Source: Octopus bimaculoides | Lineage: Eukaryota | Direction: 5' to 3' | DNA: 64,000 bases | Assembly: GCF_001194135.2 (NCBI RefSeq) | Contig: NC_068991.1 | Span: 43,755,639 to 43,819,638, forward strand | Shown: one piece after another, positions 12,865 to 25,325 of the stretch | Layout: every line of letters begins with the position of its first letter | How positions within the stretch are numbered: position 1 is the first letter of the stretch | Translations under genes and position numbers: made by a program | Notes under the pieces: model-generated | Databases searched by the model: none | The model's input: the letters and a program-made list of their open reading frames with translations, nothing else | Told to the model about the DNA's origin: nothing

Positions 12865-12868
<4 letters not shown>
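10520..12868 (+). mobile_element. RTE (BovB-like) LINE, degenerate, with APE endonuclease and C-terminal CCHH finger; RT core absent
   Basis: LKVACWNVRT, DIAALSEVQL, SVYSPT, LGDFNASVG, WMHP, KNKDWFDE motifs spread over frames. Near 12410 it joins directly to the RM.D..LPKIIMYGEL region, then a CHHCNQIC...H finger; ends at (TA)n. Confidence 0.85.
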
Positions 12869-12922
<54 letters not shown>

Positions 12923-13049
12923 ACATACATACATATATGTATTTTTTTAATAATAACAACAATAATAATATTAATTGAAGGTATAAACCCAAACATAAGT
13001 GAATTACCTCTGAATAAATAATGTACTCCATACAGTAAAATGTAAACAA

Positions 13050-13490
13050 AACTTCCCAAAAACTGGCCTTCCTCTTAATACCAGAAAATAAAATATTTCA
13101 GCCCCAATAATTATCAATCCTGTACAAAGCTCAAGTGAGATTCACAATGAACTATTTGCTTCAAATCTGGAATAACATCATAATATATGCAGATATCTTA
13201 AACCACACCCTGGAAAAAGACCCCTCCTTCCAACTGATGGGTATGAAATTGTGCACCAACACACTTCAATTCTTACCCACTTATGTACTGTCTCTTCACT
13301 TTGTGGCATCTTTTTGGAGCTGGTTGGTATTGGTCCATCTCCAATAAGGTCCACTTGATTCACTTGTCTCTTCTCCTCTCATCATCCACACTGTATCCGT
13401 CCCAACAAACTCTGTATGAATCATTACATCCAATCCTTTCTTCTCAGAGTGTTATCTTATTGCAATTCCTTCTCTGCAAAGCATGTATTG
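13050..13490 (+). mobile_element. Degenerate CR1/Jockey-like LINE 3' fragment
   Basis: ILYKAQVRFTMNYLLQIWN motif, same family type as 1650-2000. Confidence 0.65.
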
Positions 13491-13917
13491 ATCTCACTAG
13501 ATTCGGAGGGCCTGCAATGACTATGAGTTCAGCCCTTTCTATAAACCAGTGCTTCTCATAAGAAGCAAGGAATGGTGGTAGTGATGGCTATGAAAACTGA
13601 AAAAGAGGAGGGCAGGCAAATTGTTTATATCAAGCAAAATTAGATTTGGTTTCAATCTCCATGGCAAAAAAAGAAGACTTGTATGGATTCAAAATGTATT
13701 TTGCCATATCATTAATAATTCTTTTGGAGGGGATCTAGTATTTGTCAGTCTGAGAGCCATTGTCCTTGATCAAATTATTGTAAAGAACAAAATAGTGCAA
13801 GCAGCCACATAGAGGTTTGTTAATGAGATAGTAGTGCCATCAGATGGTTGGGTCAAGATAATCTCACAAACTGGAAGTGATCTCAGTAAAACTTAAAATC
13901 TGAAATCAATATTTAAT

Positions 13918-13950
<33 letters not shown>

Positions 13951-14693
13951 ACGTGTGTGTGTGCTCGCATGTGCGCATGCGCATGCATGTGTGTGTATGT
14001 GCGTGCATGCGTTGTGTATGTGAGGGTGTATGACTGTGTACTTGCGTCTCCACACAAGTGTTTATGTGTGAGCATGTGTTTTGTGTTGTTATTTCTATAG
14101 CAAACTCAGTATGCAAAAGGTTAATGGTCAATTTTGGTAGAGATTAGCTCAACATTCATTAGTTTTATTAATGTTGTGTGTACATGTGTTTGAGTGAGAG
14201 TATGTGGATGTATAAGAATTTGAGGGTGTGTAGATGTATGAGAGCAAGAGAAAGAAAAACAGAGAGAGAGGCGGGGAGGGAGAGAAGCAGAAAGAGAGAT
14301 TTGTTTCAGTGGAAAAGAGCAGCTGCTAGCATTAATTGAATCAGCCAGATATAAAAACCTACCAAAGATAAAACAGAAATATGTTAACAATTGGTTAGGT
14401 CAATATATCACTGACTCAGTATTAACAGTCAGTTTGCATGCCCTGACTGGTCATAGTCAGGATTTCATACTTGTCTGGTAAGTAAGACACTTGTGGATAA
14501 CAACAAAAAATTTGTTTGTTGTACTGGCTTGACAACCAAAAAGAGGAAATGAGATTGAGGGCTTATGAAGATCTTTCACAACTAATTCGGGTCTGTTCAC
14601 CAAGCTCTTGAGAAAACTGTTTTTATAATCCTTTGCTTACATTATTATGATTACTTCTAAGTATCTCCTTTAACTTTTTACTCCCACATGCCT

Positions 14694-14918
14694 ATATACA
14701 CACACACATTCATACACACACACATTCATACACACATACATTCATACACACACACATTCATACACACACACATTCATACACACACACATTCATACACACA
14801 CACATTCATACACACACATTCATACACACACACATTCATACACACACACATTCATACACACGCACATTCATACACACACACACATTCATACACACACACA
14901 TTCATACACACACACATA
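14694..14918. repeat. Minisatellite (CACACACATTCATA)n, units of 12-16 bp
   Basis: Direct inspection. Confidence 0.9.
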
Positions 14919-14959
14919 TATAAGATATATATGATACATCCACATACATGTATGCATTC

Positions 14960-15330
14960 TTATAGTCTTGTACTTGTTTTAGTCATTGAACTACAGCGTT
15001 TCTGGATACAGCCTCTAAGGGTTTAGTCTATTATATAATTTCTTAAGTACTTATTTTAGTATTTCCCTTTTTGTTAAACTGCTAACTTACAAGAAAATGA
15101 ACAAACCAAGATTGGTTGTCAAACGGTGAAAAACAAACACAAAATGCATGTGCACACCTCCCCTCACACATATACAGTAAGCTTCCCTCAGTTTCCATCA
15201 ACCAAATTGACTCACAAGTATTGGTTAGTTGAGAGCTGTAGTGGAAGACACTTGTTCAAAGGGCAGTTACTGAGAATGAAGCTGGAACCCTGTGGTTGTG
15301 CAGCAAACTTCTTAACCACACAGCCATGCC
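14960..15330 (-). mobile_element. SINE family A, diverged
   Basis: Tail and head motifs recognisable (ccacacagccatgcc). Confidence 0.65.
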
Positions 15331-15789
15331 TTCACTTCTATGTACATATATCATCATCATTATAATTTCTATATCCGTTTTACCATGCTTGTATGGGTCC
15401 AATGTGTCCTCTTCAATGTAGTGCCCTTCCTCTTATGTTTCTTTGTCATCTCTTGTGTGATGTTATCTGAGGACAAATATAGAAGTATCTGGCCTATTGA
15501 CAGTGCATATGCATTAAGTATGATACATAGATAGCTATTTTAACTAAATACTGCCTTGGTTATGTACACTGGATTTTTAAATCAGTAAAGGAAAATTGTT
15601 GCTAAATAAAGGGTCTTCTGAGTCACCCTGTATGCATTACTATGTGGTGCAGAAGTTCATTATGCTTTCAAGTGATTTCAGGTTCAATCTCACTGGGCAG
15701 CATCTTTGGCAAGTATACTCTACAATGAGTCTCTGGCAGACCATTGCTTTGAGAATGAATTTAGTTGATGGAACCTGTGTGAAATCCAC

Positions 15790-15990
15790 CAGTGACATGT
15801 AAAAGGCACCTGTGCCAGTGACACATAAAATACACCCAGAACACTCTGTAAAGTAATTGGCATTAGGAAGGATGTAGAAACCAAGCCATAACAGATGACT
15901 GGAGCCTGATGCAGCTCTTCAACTTATCTGCTCCAGTCAAACTGTCTAACCCATGCCAGAATGGGAAATGGATGTTAAATAATGATAATA
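15790..15990 (+). mobile_element. RTE R1 3' tail (family B)
   Basis: ggcattaggaagg...aacccatgccagaatgggaaatggatgttaaataatgataat. Confidence 0.65.
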
Positions 15991-15999
15991 ATTCATTGG

Positions 16000-18965
16000 T
16001 TCCAGCTCATATCCAAGCATTAGGTTTGTCAGTTTCTATCCAGTTTCCTCACCTGATGTTTGTGCCAAATGTGAGTTTGGAGTCCAAGCCGGTGGTGAGA
16101 GTCATAGGCAGAATTTGCACAGGATGGTCAGTGTGGGTCGAGCTTGTTGAAGACACTCCTTTCTTCTCCTATGTTTTATCTCCTCATTCTGTTGTCTGTT
16201 CTGCTTAAAGGAACTTGAATGGAAGCATTCAAGGCACTTGAAGTCATGGCAGTACAGCGTCCAAGTCTCACAAGTGTAGAATCGACAGGACAATAGCACA
16301 GAAGACCATGATCTTTGTCCGGATGGTCAGCGTGTGATTGAAGAGTACACATTGGCTGAGTCTACCAAAGGTAGAGTGAGCCACCCTAATCCAGTTCTCC
16401 ATGTTCTTTTCACACGTGGGGGTCTTCAAAAGGATACTTCCAAGATATGAGAAGTGTTCAAGGGGTTGGCTGTTGATGCTAATGTTCGTGAGTGGACTGT
16501 TCTTGCCTGGTGCAGGTTGGATCAGAGCCTTGGGTTTTAATGTGTTTACCTGCATCCTGAAGCATTCATAAGCCACGTTGTAAAGATTGGCCATCCTTTG
16601 TAGGCCATCTGCTGTCCAGCTTGGGGTAGCATTGTTGTCGGCATACTCATCTCACGGTCTGAGATGGCAGAGGTACTCATCTTTGCATGGAGACGCGTGA
16701 GATTGAAGAATCTGCCATCCAAGCGATAGCGCATGTTGATGGAAAGTGAGCCTAGTAGGATTTCGTTGAACATGGCAGCCATGTACAAAGAGAAACAGGT
16801 TGGTGCCAGGAGGCATCCTTGCTTAAGACCCCAGTGATGGGAATGGGTCTGTGAAGGCATTTTGATGGCATAACCTACCTACCATGCTGTCATGAAGGGG
16901 ATGGACCAGGGCAATGAAGTCCTCCAGATATCCAAACCGAGCAAGGACAGCCCACATTGCAGGACAGAGGACCTTGTCAAAGGCTTTAGATCTCAGAAGA
17001 TGAACATTGAAGGCTGTTATTGTTCTTGACACTTCTCCTGGAGCTGGCAGGCACAAAAGATCATGCTGATTGTGCCTTGAGAGGGTTGAAATCCACACTG
17101 GGACTCAGGGAGGATGTCTTCTGCGAAGATGAGGAGACAATTGAGCAGGATATGTGCAAAGATCTTACTTACAATACCCAGGAGTGAGATGCCCTGATAA
17201 GTTGTTGCAATCCTCTCGGTCTCCCTTCTTGTAGATGGTTATGATAGTTGCATCACAGAAGTCATTCGGGAGGGTCTTGCTTTTCCAGATCTTGAGGATA
17301 AGGAGCATCAGATGATTTCTCAGCTCAAGACCTCCGTGCGCAAAAATCTCAAACGGGATGTTGTCTGGTCCTGGAGCTTTTCCCGGCTTCATGTGCTCGA
17401 ATGCCTTGTTGAACTCATGGTGCGAGGGTGGCAGGAACAGCTAATGGCGGATGGGGAGCTGTTGAGTGTTTTGGAGGAGATTGTCAAGAGTGTGTGAGCT
17501 AAGTAGGTTCTCGAAATAGGACTTCCAGCGATTGAAGATTTCCTCGGTATTGGTTATCGTAGCGCCAGCTGTGTTCTTCAGGCCATCCTCTGATGACCTT
17601 GTGGGGCTGAAGATCTCCTTGGTTATGATATAAAAGTGGTGCAAGTCTCATTGGTCTGCATAGTTTTGCATTTCCTCTGCTTTCCTCTTCCACCAGATGT
17701 TCTGAGCTTCTCGAATTCCTCGCTGGCATTCTGCTGATGCTTGCTGGTGTTTTCATTTGTTCTCCACAGTGGCATGGTTCTTGAGGGTGAGGCACATCTG
17801 GAGTTTGGCTTCGATAAGACAGGAGATGGTTTCATCATTCTCGTAAAACCAGTCTTGGTTCTTCCGGGCAAAGCCGATTGTCTCCTTGGTGGCAGTGGTT
17901 ATTGCTTCATAAAGGCTGGTCCAGCGATCCTCAATAGAGGTTAGCTCTAGGAGGTCCATCAGGTGTCTCTCAATGGATTCCCTGAAGTCTTGGGATGCCT
18001 GTAAGTTCTGGAGTTTGGTTCAGTTAAAGAATTAGCAAGGGATGTTTGCTGAGCCCCTTTTTGGTGGGTGGTAGACCTTGATGCCAAGGCAAGAAATAAG
18101 AAAGTGGTGATCCATCCAGGCATGGAGTGGGTGATGCATACATCTCGTCTATCCCTGGATCTTGTCAGAACGTAGTCAAAGATGTGCCAGTGTTTAGACC
18201 ATGGGTGTTTCCGGGTTGTCTTTTGTCGGGTAAGGAGACAAAATAGGGAGTTGGCAATGACGAGTTCATGTTCAGTGCAAAGGCCCAGGAGGAGCTGGCC
18301 ATTGGCATTGCATTTCCCAATGCTGTGATGACCAAGAATGCCATTCCACAGACAATGGTCACTGCCGGCTCTGCCATTAAATTCCCACAACACAATGAAT
18401 ATGTCATGCACGGGGACTGTCTGGATAGTGCGGTCCAGCAGGTTGTCGAACAAAGCCTTGATGTTGTCTTCAGATGTGAGGATAGGGGTGTGCACAGAGA
18501 TCAGCGTAAGGGATCTGTCCCAAATGAGTGGGATCCAAACAATCATCAGGTGCTTACTGACAGCAGTTGAGATGAGTCTGTATTGGTCCGCGAGTTGTGT
18601 TTTGATGGCAATGCCAACTCCATGGTTCATTAGGATTCTTCCCCTTCCAAAAGAATGGTGTATTTGGAGTCAGCTTTTCTCATGCTGCCTTCTCCAGGAA
18701 GCCTAATCTCACTCAAAGCTACCATATCAATGTTGAAGCAGGCAAGTTCCTTGCAGATGAGGGCTGTATGTCACTCCAGACAATTAATATCACTCTTCTC
18801 CTAGAGAGTGCAATGTTCCAGGCCCCGAAAGTGAGAGGTTGTGAAGCAAAGGATTTAGTAGCTGATGATGGATGATTAGAAGTAGAGTTCCGACCGCTGA
18901 GTCCACCAGTCACAATATGCTGGCCAGATTGAGTTGCCATGTTCAATGTTTACCCCACCTTTTCC
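16000..18965 (-). mobile_element. RTE (BovB-like) LINE, degenerate, APE plus RT
   Basis: TFGAWNI, WKHPWSKHWHIFDYVLTR, KNQDWFYEND, KAPGPDNIP, DATIITIYKKGDREDCNN, KQGCLLAPT, KHFSYLGS and LFYTCETWT motifs across many frameshifts. Confidence 0.9.
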
Positions 18966-18973
18966 ATGAAGAT

Positions 18974-19004
<31 letters not shown>

Positions 19005-19013
19005 ATGATGATG

Positions 19014-19058
<45 letters not shown>

Positions 19059-19069
19059 TATATATATAT

Positions 19070-19215
19070 ATCATCATCATAATCATCGTTTAACGTCTGC
19101 TTTCCATGCTAGCATAGGTTGGACGATTTAACTGAGGACTGGTGAACCAGATGGTTGCACCAGGCTCCAGTCTGATCTGGCAGAGTTTCTACAGCTGGAT
19201 GCCCTTCCTAACGCC
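19070..19215 (-). mobile_element. RTE R1 3' tail (family B), young subtype
   Basis: atcgtttaacgtctgctttccatgctagcataggttggacgatttaactgaggactggtg, nearly identical to 44100, 60412, 61400 and 63655. Confidence 0.85.
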
Positions 19216-19229
19216 TGTTTTTTTTTTGT

Positions 19230-20700
19230 CTAATAGCCCTGTCAACCACATTGTTCCACTACCATGTTACCTTGGGTCAAGAGGGGACTTTGCATCATCC
19301 ACAGATCTGGTCAGTGGCTCTCAGCAGGTTGTCCTGTAGAAACCTCCAGTTGTCTTCCATGTTGTGTGATGCTACATCTCCTTCTATTTCATCAAAGTCT
19401 TCAAGTAATATGTCTCTAAATCACTGTCCATTTGCAGGATCTTTAAGCTTCTAGATCCTTCTCCTCCAAACTGGTCTTCTTCTGGGCATCCATTTAGCCC
19501 TGATCCCGAAGTCACTAACTACTAATCTGTGTTGAGGGGTACATTCTTTGCCTGGGAAGGTTTTGGCATTTATAAGCAGCCTTCTTTCCCTTTTTCTGGT
19601 GAAGATGTAGTCAATTTAACTAAGTGTCGAGCGGATTTCCTGAAGTTGGTATTACAAACCATAAGATCATTTGCATCGTAGAACTCCAGCAGTCTGGTTC
19701 CTTCCTCACTGTGGGAACCAAAGCCATAGCCTCCATGTACGCCATGGAAGCCCCCTGCATGTTGTCCAACACTTCCATTGAAAACACCAGCCACAAAGAG
19801 AAGGTCCTGTCATATGTCAACAAGGTAGTCTGCAATAGGGTGTCATAAAATCGGTCTTTCTGCCCATCCGGTAGCCCCAGTTGAGGGGCATAGGCCAAGA
19901 TAATGGTTGCTAACCTATGGTGAAGCACTAATCTAATCTGAAGTACTCTGTCACATACTCTGACTACCTTGATTACCTTATCAACCCAAATCTCCGCAAG
20001 AAGTATACCCACGCCCCTGACCCTGTCAGTGTTCCCTGCTCAGAAAATCTTGTACCTGTGTTCTTTGCCTGTGAGGAACCTAGCGGAACCTCCTCTCCAC
20101 CTTACTTCTTGGATGCAGCACAAATCTACACATCTCCGTTCAAGCATCTCAACAATCTCACCAGACCTGTCTTTCAGTGNNNNNNNNNNTACTTCTTGGA
20201 TGCAGCACAAATCTACACATCTCCGTTCAAGCATCTCAACAATCTCACCAGACCTGTCTTTCAGTGTACTGACGTTCAGTGTGCTGACGTTCAGTGTGCT
20301 GACGTTCAGTGTGCTGACGTTCAGTGTGCTGACGTTCAGTGTGCTGACGTTCAGTGTGCCAACTCTGAGGGTGTTGGAGGTGTGGGCCCGTGAGACCCTG
20401 GGATGAGGGACAGCAGTGTCATGTATCTGAAAAGAAAGCTTGCATTTGGCAGAATTCATAAACAAACAATAGTCTACAACCTGCATACACTACACCATTT
20501 TTATGCGCTATATGCTCGATAAACCCTAGGTAGGGGTGGGGATGGTGTTAGGCCCTTAGAAGTGTTCGCAGGAGACAACCAAGGATGACAGAGGATAGGA
20601 ACTTCCAGTAAAGGTGTAGGGGTGCGAGGGCAGGTGAACCGCGAGCCAGCAAGTTTAGATGAGAGCATCTTCTGCACTTGCATACTATGGTTAGACAAAT
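19230..20700 (-). mobile_element. RTE R1 5' region and APE endonuclease, degenerate
   Basis: LRVGTLNV...EMLERRCVDLCCIQEVRWRGG, GILLAEIWVDKV, AYAPQLG, GGYGFGSHSEEG and W.NNVVDRAI motifs. Confidence 0.9.
20261..20359 (-). repeat. 15-bp tandem repeat, 6 units plus 9 nt, encoding (TLNVS)n
   Basis: Unit tcagtgtgctgacgt at 20261, 20276, 20291, 20306, 20321 and 20336. Confidence 0.95.
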
Positions 20701-21214
20701 TTAGAGAGAATGAATTAATGAAATGATAGACTTGAATAAAATAAATAAAATGTGACGATTAATGGATATGCATGAACATAAGACAAACAAGACGAAGCTA
20801 TCGGAACTATGTTTACATAGTAAAGAAATAGATAGATTATAAAGAACGAATGGGTGATGTTTATGATCTACGCAGAAACAGGAGTACATGAACGAGGTTG
20901 AAAAGACAAAATTTCTTATCTGAGCATCTTCTGAAATTCGTATTCTATCAGCAACACACACCATACATATATGAGTATGTATTTATCCTCACTGTTTGAC
21001 AACCAGTGTCGGTGTGTTTATATCCCTATAACTTTGTTGTCTAGCAAAAAGAGATTCACAGAATAACCAGTAGATTTTCAAGCACAACATACATTTTATA
21101 TTATCTACATAGATATTTTATATTTTCTATATTCATTTTTATATTCCAGTCGTGTATTCTATTAAACTTACATACAGTAAGGCATTTTAGTCCAAACCAA
21201 TCCTTCTGGGGGTG

Positions 21215-21475
21215 TAACATAAAAGCACCTGTGTGGCAACATGTAAAAGCGCCCATGTGGTATCATGTAAAAGCACCTGTGTGATGCAACATGAAAGCAC
21301 CCAGCATATTCTGTGAAGTGTTTGGCATTAGGAAGGGCATCCAGCCATAGAAACCATACCAAATCAAACTGGAATCTGGTGCAGCTTCTCAGCTTGCCAG
21401 CTCTGGTCACACCATCCAAACCATGCCAGCATGGACAACAGACATTAAATGATGATGATGATGATGATGAATGAA
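21215..21475 (+). mobile_element. RTE R1 3' tail (family B) with ~24-bp tandem repeats
   Basis: aaaagcacctgtgtggcaacatgt units; ends (GAT)n. Confidence 0.8.
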
Positions 21476-21532
21476 TGAAAATAAAAGCAATCAAAGACCA
21501 AACATTTAAGGAAACATAAATTGTATGAATAC

Positions 21533-22232
21533 CTCCAGTTTTGGAACCTGCTCTTTCTCTAGTGGTCCGTGAATTGGCTGAAGACATTTTTAATTCCGAG
21601 TCTCCATAATCTCCTAATGGAGAAGGTGTTTGACGTTTTTTGAGCTTAAATTCTGACACAGTTAACTCACTGTTTACGTTGTGTGTTTCAGTATTACTTG
21701 TTGTAACCCCTGTAGACAGAGCTGTATTAATATTGGCAGCTTCAGCTTTCTTTGCCGATCGGCTAAGTTTAGCTTGCTCTCTCATAGCAGCTGTCTGCCA
21801 TTGTCGAGGAATCACAACAACATTTGTGGTGAATTCTTTAAAGTTACACATTAATTGATATTCTAGACTTTTTGGTACCAGTTCTGCAAGGTTTGGTGTA
21901 TTATCAAGATAAACTGCCAATTTGTCAAGTATTTTTTCTGAAGAAGCTTTAGACTGTTCATATAGTTGTCTCTGTGTCTCATCGTGGCTGGTCAAAGAAG
22001 AATCGAGGCGATTTCTCAGAGAAATGTATGTTTGAGTAAGTTCTGGGAGAAGGTTTCTTCTGATCGGGCCATCAGAAAAGTTGGGTTTCTGGTTCAGACA
22101 TACTACAGCTGGTGAAGTGGGTGATGTCTTAGCACCAGACGAAACAGGAGCCTGTACACTATTATATTTGCGATACCGCTTTGGAGTGGGTCTGTTTGGA
22201 GCTTGATCATAGAAGAAAATCTGTGATTGCAT
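21533..22232 (-). CDS. Coding exon of an unidentified host gene (~233 codons), probably its first coding exon
   Basis: Stop-free unique sequence MQSQIFFYDQAPNRPTPKRYRKY...RQWQTAAMREQAKLSRS...GSKTG. Acceptor ttttcctttttgttttacacctag about 55 nt upstream of the ATG; candidate donor GAG|GTATTC at 21533. The 354-aa track ORF is read-through into a repeat. Confidence 0.65.
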
Positions 22233-23097
22233 TTTTCATAGTTGTAAGAAGTGGTCATTTTTGTCAGGTCATTCAGTCAAGCCATTCTAGGTGTAAAACA
22301 AAAAGGAAAATACAAAAAAAAATAATATATATATAGATTTTATTAAGCAGCAATGCAAGTATATACACTCACATTTGTACATATTAACATATATAGTCAC
22401 AGGAGCTTATGTATAAAACATATGCTTAATTCTTCATAAGCACAGGTATACATATAAACATAAATACATTTATACACATATACACAGACTCCTTTGTGCA
22501 CACATACACATAATTAATTTTCATATAGACAAAGTCAAATCATAATAATGAAGAAACCCTCTCTCATTTATGCAATGATGTTTGGAGCTTTAGGTAAGAG
22601 CTGAGAATCCAGAAACAGAACACAAATTCATCTCATATANNNNNNNNNNNNNNNNNNNNNNNNNNNNNNNNNNNNNNNNNNNNNNNNNNNNNNNNNNNNN
22701 NNNNNNNNNNNNNNNNNNNNNNNNNNNNNNNNNNNNNNNNNNNNNNNNNNNNNNNNNNNNNNNNNNNNNNNNNNNNNNNNNNNNNNNNNNNNNNNNNNNN
22801 NNNNNNNNNNNNNNNNNNNNNNNNNNNNNNNNNNNNNNNNNNNNNNNNNNNNNNNNNNNNNNNNNNNNNNNNNNNNNNNNNNNNNNNNNNNNNNNNNNNN
22901 NNNNNNNNNNNNNNNNNNNNNNNNNNNNNNNNNNNNNNNNNNNNNNNNNNNNNNNNNNNNNNNNNNNNNNNNNNNNNNNNNNNNNNNNNNNNNNNNNNNN
23001 NNNNNNNNNNNNNNNNNNNNNNNNNNNNNNNNNNNNNNNNNNNNNNNNNNNNNNNNNNNNNNNNNNNNNNNNNNNNNNNNNNNNNNNNNNNTTGCAC

Positions 23098-23135
<38 letters not shown>

Positions 23136-25030
23136 GTGCAAGATTTCTGCTAATCTTTGAAAGATCATGGTGCTCTAACAATAAAATTCTAGCATAAAAA
23201 TCTCTAAAGCATTTATGAAATGAATAGAAATTAGACCTCTTCTGATCTTGTATGTAGTTTGAGAGAGGATAGAATTAAAACAGAATATAACAAATCTTAG
23301 TTTACACCATAAATCATGGTAAAATTTTCATAAATGTATTTGTGAAAATGTACATAAATATATTGAATAGATAATATGTATTGTAGAAATAGCATTATGG
23401 CAAACATACATATGTATTGGCTTGCTTTATAAAGTTAGCTGGAAAATGTCTACAAGCAGATAATTGACAGCAGTGCTATTGATGTAGATAACATGTTTTG
23501 AAGTTGGTAGACACCTTACTAAGAAGATTCCTCACAAAACTTAACATCTATTGTGATTTAAGATAACTGAAAGAGAACAATTCTGCTCTGTATTATTACT
23601 TTCTGGGAAAGTTAGTTGTTAGTTTTTACTGATGTCAAACGAATTGAGCCAGAGTTGGTCAAGTGTCCATTTTAGATACTTGAGAATATTAACTCTGACT
23701 GGCTAAAATAACAAACATGGCAAAACAGTGAAACATTAAATGGAGTTCCTACATTTCTGTTTTTGACTATCACTCATTGTCAACAACCACAGAACAGATG
23801 ACATCTGTGTCTAAGTCTTGAGCAAGAAATGTATCAAAAGTATTTGTATCTATTCCTGAAATTGTAATTTAAATGTAATATGTTTGTCCAATTCCAATGT
23901 TTTTAAAGCTGCACATAGTCTTCAGTTATATATCTTGGCAAGACCAGTAGATTTCCTGATGGGAGGATGATTCTTGATAATCAGTTTTATTCATTCAGTT
24001 GTAGTAGACTATCAAATATCTAAAATATGTAACTGAAATTCATATGTAACTGAAATCCAAGCTCTACCTACAGGAGATAGTAGCCAAATCACCCTCAAAT
24101 CTTAAATTGATAAAAGGAAGGAATTATTGGATAATGTAATCCTAGATACTCATTGTCTTGCTAAGTCTGCTTGATTACAACTGACCTGATGCTAAACAAC
24201 AGCAACGATATATTTATACCTATACTATATATAGGTATAAATTTATTTATACCTATACTATATTAAACCATGTGAAAGTGCATGGCCTAGTGGTCTGGAT
24301 GTTGCACTCACAATCACAAAATCATGGTTTCAATTCCCAGACTGGTTATGCTAACATCAAATGCTGATGGTTACTGTCATTCTTGACTGCAACAACATCT
24401 CATACAAATTTTGAACTAACTTAGAGTAAACATCTTTTCTTTGACATTGGTAGTAATGACAATACACAGCTTGTTAACAATAGAAATAAATATTTTTGTA
24501 TTTAAAATCTCAAAAGAATTTGTGTTCTTTTCATCCCTTCAACTCATCCAATTCATCATACTGACACACATACAAAAACATTCTTATAACAAACTTATTT
24601 TTCAGAATTTTGTAAATAATTGATAATAAACTGAGCAATAGTTTTCTAAGCACTCCATTAATTTCTAAAGTTACCATGCAAAGTGCTCGAGTAATTTTTC
24701 ATTTGATTTTCAGTGCATCATGAATATAAAAGGATTGACAAGCAGTGATTTACATATCCCCAATAGAATTTACAATATAAATATGATTGAACAATACAAC
24801 TAAGCTGTCAATTGTCATTGGCTTCAAAGGGTTAACTTAATGATAATAAGGCTCAGTCATTAAACTGCTGCTGGCAGTTGTAGTCTGTAAAAGAGTTAAT
24901 GTATTGTTAACTGGATTATATTCAAATTAGTCAATATGTTACAGTTCTATATTTAAGAGATGAGGAATTATGTACATTATTTACATTTATTTACATTCGA
25001 CGGATATTTGTCTTCATCTTGATTGTTGAT

Positions 25031-25078
25031 AACACAACGTTTCAGCTGATACACCCTCCACAGCCTTCATCAGGTGTC
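25031..25078 (-). ncRNA. Minimal type I hammerhead ribozyme-like motif
   Basis: Minus strand GACAC-CTGATGA-A-GGCTG(loop)CAGCT-GAAAC-GTT-GTGTT: core intact, stem I GACAC/GTGTT, self-complementary AACGTT stem III. Confidence 0.65.
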
Positions 25079-25125
25079 TTGGGGAAATTTCGAACCTGGG
25101 TTCTTATCCCTAAGGTATTTTTTGA

Positions 25126-25175
<50 letters not shown>

Positions 25176-25325
25176 TGGTCATTGCCTGGAATCGAACTTG
25201 GAATCTTGGGGTTTGTAGCCCACGCTCTTAACCACTATGCCATATACCCATGGGCCCATGGGCATGAGGCGTAGTGGTTAAGAGCGCGGGCTATTAACTC
25301 CAAATTCCGAGTTCGATTCCAGGCA

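Noticed and set aside
14250-14375. Candidate downstream exon of the unknown gene (tttggtag acceptor)
   Set aside because: Would add only 17 codons with no supporting evidence; cannot be distinguished from chance.
19070-20700. Single internally deleted RTE made of 5' part plus tail
   Set aside because: The tail is of the young subtype while the body is heavily decayed; two independent insertions are more likely.
21168-21532. C-terminal third of the 354-aa ORF
   Set aside because: Reads through a candidate donor into an RTE tail repeat; the poly-Ser comes from (GAT)n.
24213-24263. 12-bp hairpin tttatacctata/tataggtataaa with adjacent direct repeat
   Set aside because: Short, AT-rich and low complexity; explained by local template switching.
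25183-25325. Pair of tRNA genes
   Set aside because: Only A/B-box heads without an acceptor-stem 3' half; they are SINE heads.
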